Assembly (NCBI GenBank): GCA_965249725.1
Contig: CBDFMQ010000002.1
Location: forward strand, 2,816,001 to 2,880,000
Reading direction: 5' to 3'
DNA: 64,000 nt
Origin: Longimicrobiales bacterium
GTDB lineage: Bacteria; Gemmatimonadota; Gemmatimonadetes; Longimicrobiales; Gaopeijiaceae
Shown: positions 59,999 through 64,000 of the stretch, one piece after another
How positions within the stretch are numbered: position 1 is the stretch's first letter
Layout of the letters: each line of letters opens with the position of its first letter
Program-made: the position numbers and the translations under genes
The notes under the pieces: generated by a model
What the model was told of the DNA's origin: nothing
What the model saw: the letters and a program-made list of their open reading frames with translations, nothing else
Databases searched by the model: none

Positions 59999-62173
59999 AT
60001 GCCGATCGCGATCGAGCCGAACCCGGGGCCGGCGGAGCACACCCTCATAGCGAGCATGACCATGATATCTTCGTGGAGTCTTTCGGTAAGCGCAGTCACC
60101 GTGTTTGCCCTCATTGCAGCCCCCGCTTCGGGCCAGCAGACCCTGGACACACAAGGTGGCCCGACCCTCGAAGACCTGTTCACGGTCAAGGGAGTCGGCG
60201 GCGTTCAGGTCTCGCCCGACGGGCAGGCGGCACTGTACCAGGTGAACACCTCCGATCTCGAGGAGAACGAGACGGATCAGGATATCTGGTTGCTTCGGCG
60301 TGACGGATCGGGCTGGGCGGAGCCTCTGCAACTCACCAGCGCCGAAGAGGACGACACGAACCCACAGTGGCGTCCCGGCAGCCAGGCCTTCGCGTTTCTT
60401 TCTTCGAGGAAGGGTGACGGCGGGGGCGGTCCCGGTAGGGCAGGTCCCCGCGGAGCCGACGGCAATGGAAACAGCGCCGGCCCACAGATCCAACTCATGG
60501 ACACCCGGGGCGGTGAGGCCCGCGAGCTGTTCGCTCACGAGACCACCATCTCCACGTTCCAGTGGTCCCCGGACGGACAATACCTCCTCTTCCGCGCGAC
60601 CGACCCCGAGACCGACGAGGACGAGGAGCGGAAGAAGTCTGGACGCGACATCAACGTTGAAGACCAACCGGGGCGCCCGAACCACCTTTGGCTGCTGGAC
60701 GTGGAAGCGGGGGAGGCTCGGAGAGTGACGGAGGGAGACGGCTTCACGGTGGGGCCGTTCGACTGGAGCCCGGACGGCACGCGCGCGGCGTTTTCAGCCA
60801 CGCCCACCGGTCGCCCGATGGACTCGTGGAAGAGCGACGTGTACGTGATCTCCGTGCACGACTCAGCGGCCGTGCCGCGCAAGATGACCGACAACCCCGG
60901 CCCCGACGCCAACCCGCAGTGGTCCCCGGACGGACAGTACCTCTACTACTCCGGACAACAGACCGAGCGGTACCAAGTGGCGGCAAACCACCTGTTCCGT
61001 ATTTCGGCGGACGGAGGCGACATCAAGGACGTGTCGCCCGAGGCCGACATCCAGGCCAGGGGCTTCACGCTCTCATCCGATGGGCGGCGCGCGTTCTTCA
61101 ACGCTACGACGGGCACGACTCGCGGGTTCTTCTATATGTCTCTCTCCGACCGTCGCCCCGTACGCCTGACGCCCGATCGTGGAGTCTACGGCTCCGCCGA
61201 CCTGTCGGACGACGGCAGAGTCATCGTGTACACATACGAGAACCCGAGCCGGCCGGTCGAGATCTACGCGTCTCAACTCTCACGCATGCCCACCTCGGAG
61301 TCGGTCGTGGCCGAGACCGCGCTCACCACCCACAACGCCCACACCTCCGACTGGACGCTCGGCCACACCGAGGTCCTGCAGTGGAAGTGCATCGACGGTT
61401 GGGACATGGAAGGCGTCGTGGTCTATCCCCACGACTGGACCGCCGACAGTGGTCCGCGCGCTACGGTCGTGAAGATCCACGGCGGACCCTCCGGTGTGTT
61501 CGTGGAGAACTTCCAGGCCGCATCGTCCTCTGCCGACGCACAGCGCTACGCCGCGGACGGGTACGTGGTGCTGCTGCCCAATCCGAGAGGCTCCTCCGGG
61601 TACGGCGAGGAAGGGCTCAAGGCCGTGGTCGGCGATTGGGGAGGACTCGACTTTCAGGACATCATGACGGGTGTCGACGAGCTGGTGGATCGGGGCGTCT
61701 CGCACCCCGACTCTCTCGGCGTCATGGGGTGGAGCTACGGCGGATTCATGACCGCCTGGACCGTGACACAGACGTCACGCTTCAAGGCGGCCGTCGCCGG
61801 AGCCGCGATCACGGAGAACATCTCCATGTGGGGCACGCAGGACATTCAGCATGTCTTCGAGGCCTACTTCGGCGCGGGCCCCTACGAGCCGGGCATGATG
61901 GAGGTCTACCAGAAGTCCAACCCGCTGGCGTTCATCGAGAACGCCACCACACCGACCATGATCCTGCACGGCGAGAACGATCCTCGGGTTCCGCCCAATC
62001 AGGCGATGACGTTCTACCGAGGGCTCATCGCAAACGGGGTCGATACCAAGCTGGTGTGGCTGCCACGCACGGGTCACGGGCCGCGTGAGCCGGGGCTGAG
62101 GTACGAGACGGCGCGAAACCAGAAGGAGTGGATGGACCGGTGGATTCGGACGCCGCGGCCGATTACGGAGTGA
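59999..62173 (+). CDS. S9 family (prolyl oligopeptidase/acylaminoacyl) peptidase
   Basis: WSPDG propeller; HGGP, PNPRGS, GWSYGG, HGE.D.RV and GHG motifs; start codon uncertain. Confidence 0.93.
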   Translation: MPIAIEPNPGPAEHTLIASMTMISSWSLSVSAVTVFALIAAPASGQQTLDTQGGPTLEDLFTVKGVGGVQVSPDGQAALYQVNTSDLEENETDQDIWLLRRDGSGWAEPLQLTSAEEDDTNPQWRPGSQAFAFLSSRKGDGGGGPGRAGPRGADGNGNSAGPQIQLMDTRGGEARELFAHETTISTFQWSPDGQYLLFRATDPETDEDEERKKSGRDINVEDQPGRPNHLWLLDVEAGEARRVTEGDGFTVGPFDWSPDGTRAAFSATPTGRPMDSWKSDVYVISVHDSAAVPRKMTDNPGPDANPQWSPDGQYLYYSGQQTERYQVAANHLFRISADGGDIKDVSPEADIQARGFTLSSDGRRAFFNATTGTTRGFFYMSLSDRRPVRLTPDRGVYGSADLSDDGRVIVYTYENPSRPVEIYASQLSRMPTSESVVAETALTTHNAHTSDWTLGHTEVLQWKCIDGWDMEGVVVYPHDWTADSGPRATVVKIHGGPSGVFVENFQAASSSADAQRYAADGYVVLLPNPRGSSGYGEEGLKAVVGDWGGLDFQDIMTGVDELVDRGVSHPDSLGVMGWSYGGFMTAWTVTQTSRFKAAVAGAAITENISMWGTQDIQHVFEAYFGAGPYEPGMMEVYQKSNPLAFIENATTPTMILHGENDPRVPPNQAMTFYRGLIANGVDTKLVWLPRTGHGPREPGLRYETARNQKEWMDRWIRTPRPITE

Positions 62174-62186
62174 GGGGAGCGGCGGG

Positions 62187-62504
62187 TTAGTTCGGCACCC
62201 GCTCCTTCAGCTCCTCGAAGAAGTTCCTCACGAGGATGAGTTGGGGCACATCCGCTTCGTTCTGGTCGGCCAACGGCACCCGTGCCATCAAGAACCTCTG
62301 GTCGTCCGACGTGACATCGTACCATCCAGCCGCGATACCAACCGAGGCGCGCTCGGGAAGCTCGAAGAGGAGCTCCCTCCCCGTCACCCGGAAGCTGGGA
62401 CTCGTCTCGATCTGGGCCGCCACCATGCCCTGCGGCGTACCATAGAACAGCTCGCGACCGCTGTGAGCCCACATCGGCGAGATGGCAGCGCCGTCGGAGA
62501 CCAA
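62187..62504 (-). pseudogene. C-terminal fragment of another kinase-TolB paralogue
   Basis: WAHSGRELFY...YDV..D.QRFLM...NFFEELKERVPN, with no upstream domains. Confidence 0.85.
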
Positions 62505-62638
62505 CCAAGCGTGGTCCGATGTGCGATTGCCCGGCCGACCGCAGCGAGTCCCATCCTACCATGGTTGTGATAGGGGTGGTTCGCCTATGATGGCCATGAC
62601 CCCGAGATCACCTCCGACAAACGGCACTCAAGGTTGAT

Positions 62639-62670
62639 TGTGGATAGATCATCCACATATACTATCCACA
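62639..62670. promoter_or_regulatory. Operator-like TGTGGAT/ATCCACA repeats upstream of the RHH antitoxin
   Basis: TGTGGATAGATCATCCACA inverted pair plus a third ATCCACA. Confidence 0.55.
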
Positions 62671-62903
62671 TGAAACCCATACAGGTCATGATGGACCAGG
62701 ATCTGCTCGCCGATCTCGACGCCACGGAAGAGGTGAAGCGCGACGGTCGGTCGGCGGTCTTGCGACGCGCGGCCGCCGAGTACCTCCTGCGGCATCGGAA
62801 CCGAGAGATCCGTGAGCGTTACCGAGAGGCCTACGGGAGTGAGTGTGATCTCGGGCCCGAATACGCTGGATGGGAGGAGCAAGGCGCATGGCCAGAGGAG
62901 TGA
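62670..62903 (+). CDS. RHH/CopG antitoxin
   Basis: MKPIQV.MD..LL..LD......RSAV.RRA...YL. Confidence 0.85.
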   Translation: MKPIQVMMDQDLLADLDATEEVKRDGRSAVLRRAAAEYLLRHRNREIRERYREAYGSECDLGPEYAGWEEQGAWPEE

Positions 62904-63217
62904 GGCGCGGGGAGATCTGGCTGTACGAGTTCAAGCCACCGGACAAACGCCGGCCGGTCCTGATCCTCACCCGCCCCGAAGTCATCGATCTTCTGCGCAC
63001 CGTGATGGTCGCCCCGATCACATCGACCATCCGCGGAGCTCCGGGGGAGGTCCCCGTGGGGATCGACGAGGGCCTCAAGGGTCCCTCCGCCGTCAACCTC
63101 GATCACGTGCAGACCGTAGAGCAGCGGCTACTCGGACGGTTCGTAGGATCGTTGTCACCCGAGTCGATGGCACTCGTCTGCGATGCGCTGATGGTGGCGA
63201 CCGGATGTGGGCCCTAG
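62888..63217 (+). CDS. mazF: MazF/PemK toxin
   Basis: RGEIW...DKRRPVLIL...VAPITST...S.VNLD..QTV. Confidence 0.9.
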   Translation: MARGVRRGEIWLYEFKPPDKRRPVLILTRPEVIDLLRTVMVAPITSTIRGAPGEVPVGIDEGLKGPSAVNLDHVQTVEQRLLGRFVGSLSPESMALVCDALMVATGCGP

Positions 63218-63222
63218 TCCGG

Positions 63223-63747
63223 TCAGCTCGCCCGGAGCACGTCCCGAATGATCTTCTGGTGATGGTTGTTGTGGACGACCGAGAAACGAATCCATTGCAC
63301 GGCATTTAGGTCGCCGAATGCGAAGTGGTTCCGTCTGGCGCTCGAGGCCTGCAGTTGCCCGAGGGAGTCGCCTAGCCCCGTCACCCGCTCCCGAATCCCC
63401 GTAAACCTCGCTGCCAACTCCTCGGCGCTCGTGTCCTTGGGTCGTGTCGGATCGGGGGCTTTGCCGCGACCTCTGGGGAACGCCCCCGTGAGCAGAACGA
63501 CTCGTCCGATCAGACTCGGGCCACCCCCGGTCTCCAGTTCCGGATCGCCGTCGCGCGCTCGCTCGATCCACTTCACGATCAAGTCGTTCGCGACGGAGAG
63601 GTGCTCCAGATGATCCTTGACGCTCCACCCCGAGACGTCGGGCGCGGACGCATGGCACAGCTCCGAGTCGGACGCTTGCCCAATGATCACGTCCAAGCTC
63701 TCCAGGAGTTCACCGTGGTCTCGCCTGAGCTTCTTGCTGATAGCCAT
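63223..63747 (-). CDS. DinB family protein
   Basis: WS...HLEHL and HFAFG.L...QW......H..HH motifs. Confidence 0.85.
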   Translation of the reverse strand: MAISKKLRRDHGELLESLDVIIGQASDSELCHASAPDVSGWSVKDHLEHLSVANDLIVKWIERARDGDPELETGGGPSLIGRVVLLTGAFPRGRGKAPDPTRPKDTSAEELAARFTGIRERVTGLGDSLGQLQASSARRNHFAFGDLNAVQWIRFSVVHNNHHQKIIRDVLRAS

Positions 63748-63767
63748 GCGCTCAAGCTATCGGTGAA

Positions 63768-64000
63768 TCAGGACGCCCGCAGCGCCTCCACCGGATCGGC
63801 CTGCGCCGCGCGCCGCGCCGGCACGTACGCCGCTGTCCACGCCACCAGCAGCAAGACGAACATGGCGCCGCCGAAGGCGATGGGGTCCAACGTTCCAACC
63901 CCGTAGAGCACGCCGCCCAGTTTTGACGCGGCGGCGGCAGCGATGCCGACACCCACCACGAGTCCGGCGATCACCACCCAGGCCACCTCACGAACGACCA
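63768..64000 (-). CDS. ABC transporter permease (FtsX-like) C-terminus, partial
   Basis: LYGV...DP...AAYVPARRAA..DPV.ALR. Confidence 0.88.
   Translation of the reverse strand, partial: VVREVAWVVIAGLVVGVGIAAAAASKLGGVLYGVGTLDPIAFGGAMFVLLLVAWTAAYVPARRAAQADPVEALRAS

Overview
GC-rich bacterial window. It is probably Gemmatimonadota-like, inferred from the expanded Ser/Thr kinase + TolB/PD40 or TPR paralogues and the many secreted peptidases. The left third (about 4.5-22.3 kb) is a decaying gene-cassette platform. (1) A six-cassette integron-like array (11908-21081) is delimited by six ~153-156 bp TAAC...GTTA recombination sites. These fold into an unusual branched (three-way) hairpin, and each cassette carries its own matching terminal inverted repeats. 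The array is headed by an attI-like site and a divergent, 3'-truncated tyrosine recombinase with an extra HARP-like N-terminal domain. (2) A second pair of ~100 bp near-canonical attC sites (4521, 7039) flanks a kinase-TPR cassette and abuts a decapitated M1 peptidase. (3) Between the two lies a mosaic of IS3, IS481, ImmA, sce7726 and Fic remnants plus a tRNA-Ile att-like fragment. Cassettes carry four toxin-antitoxin pairs, a VOC protein, a hypothetical protein and a 2.9 kb kinase whose non-cassette paralogues lie nearby. The rest of the window holds secreted or membrane proteins, four more TA modules (VapBC, NTase-type, HipBA, MazF-RHH), pfp, an mtnA lacking its conserved Cys, a histone-like protein, an unknown HExxH membrane operon and a kinase/GGDEF chimeric scar. 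Several frameshifts fall in homopolymers and may be sequencing errors. All product calls come from motifs recognised by eye; no database search was run.
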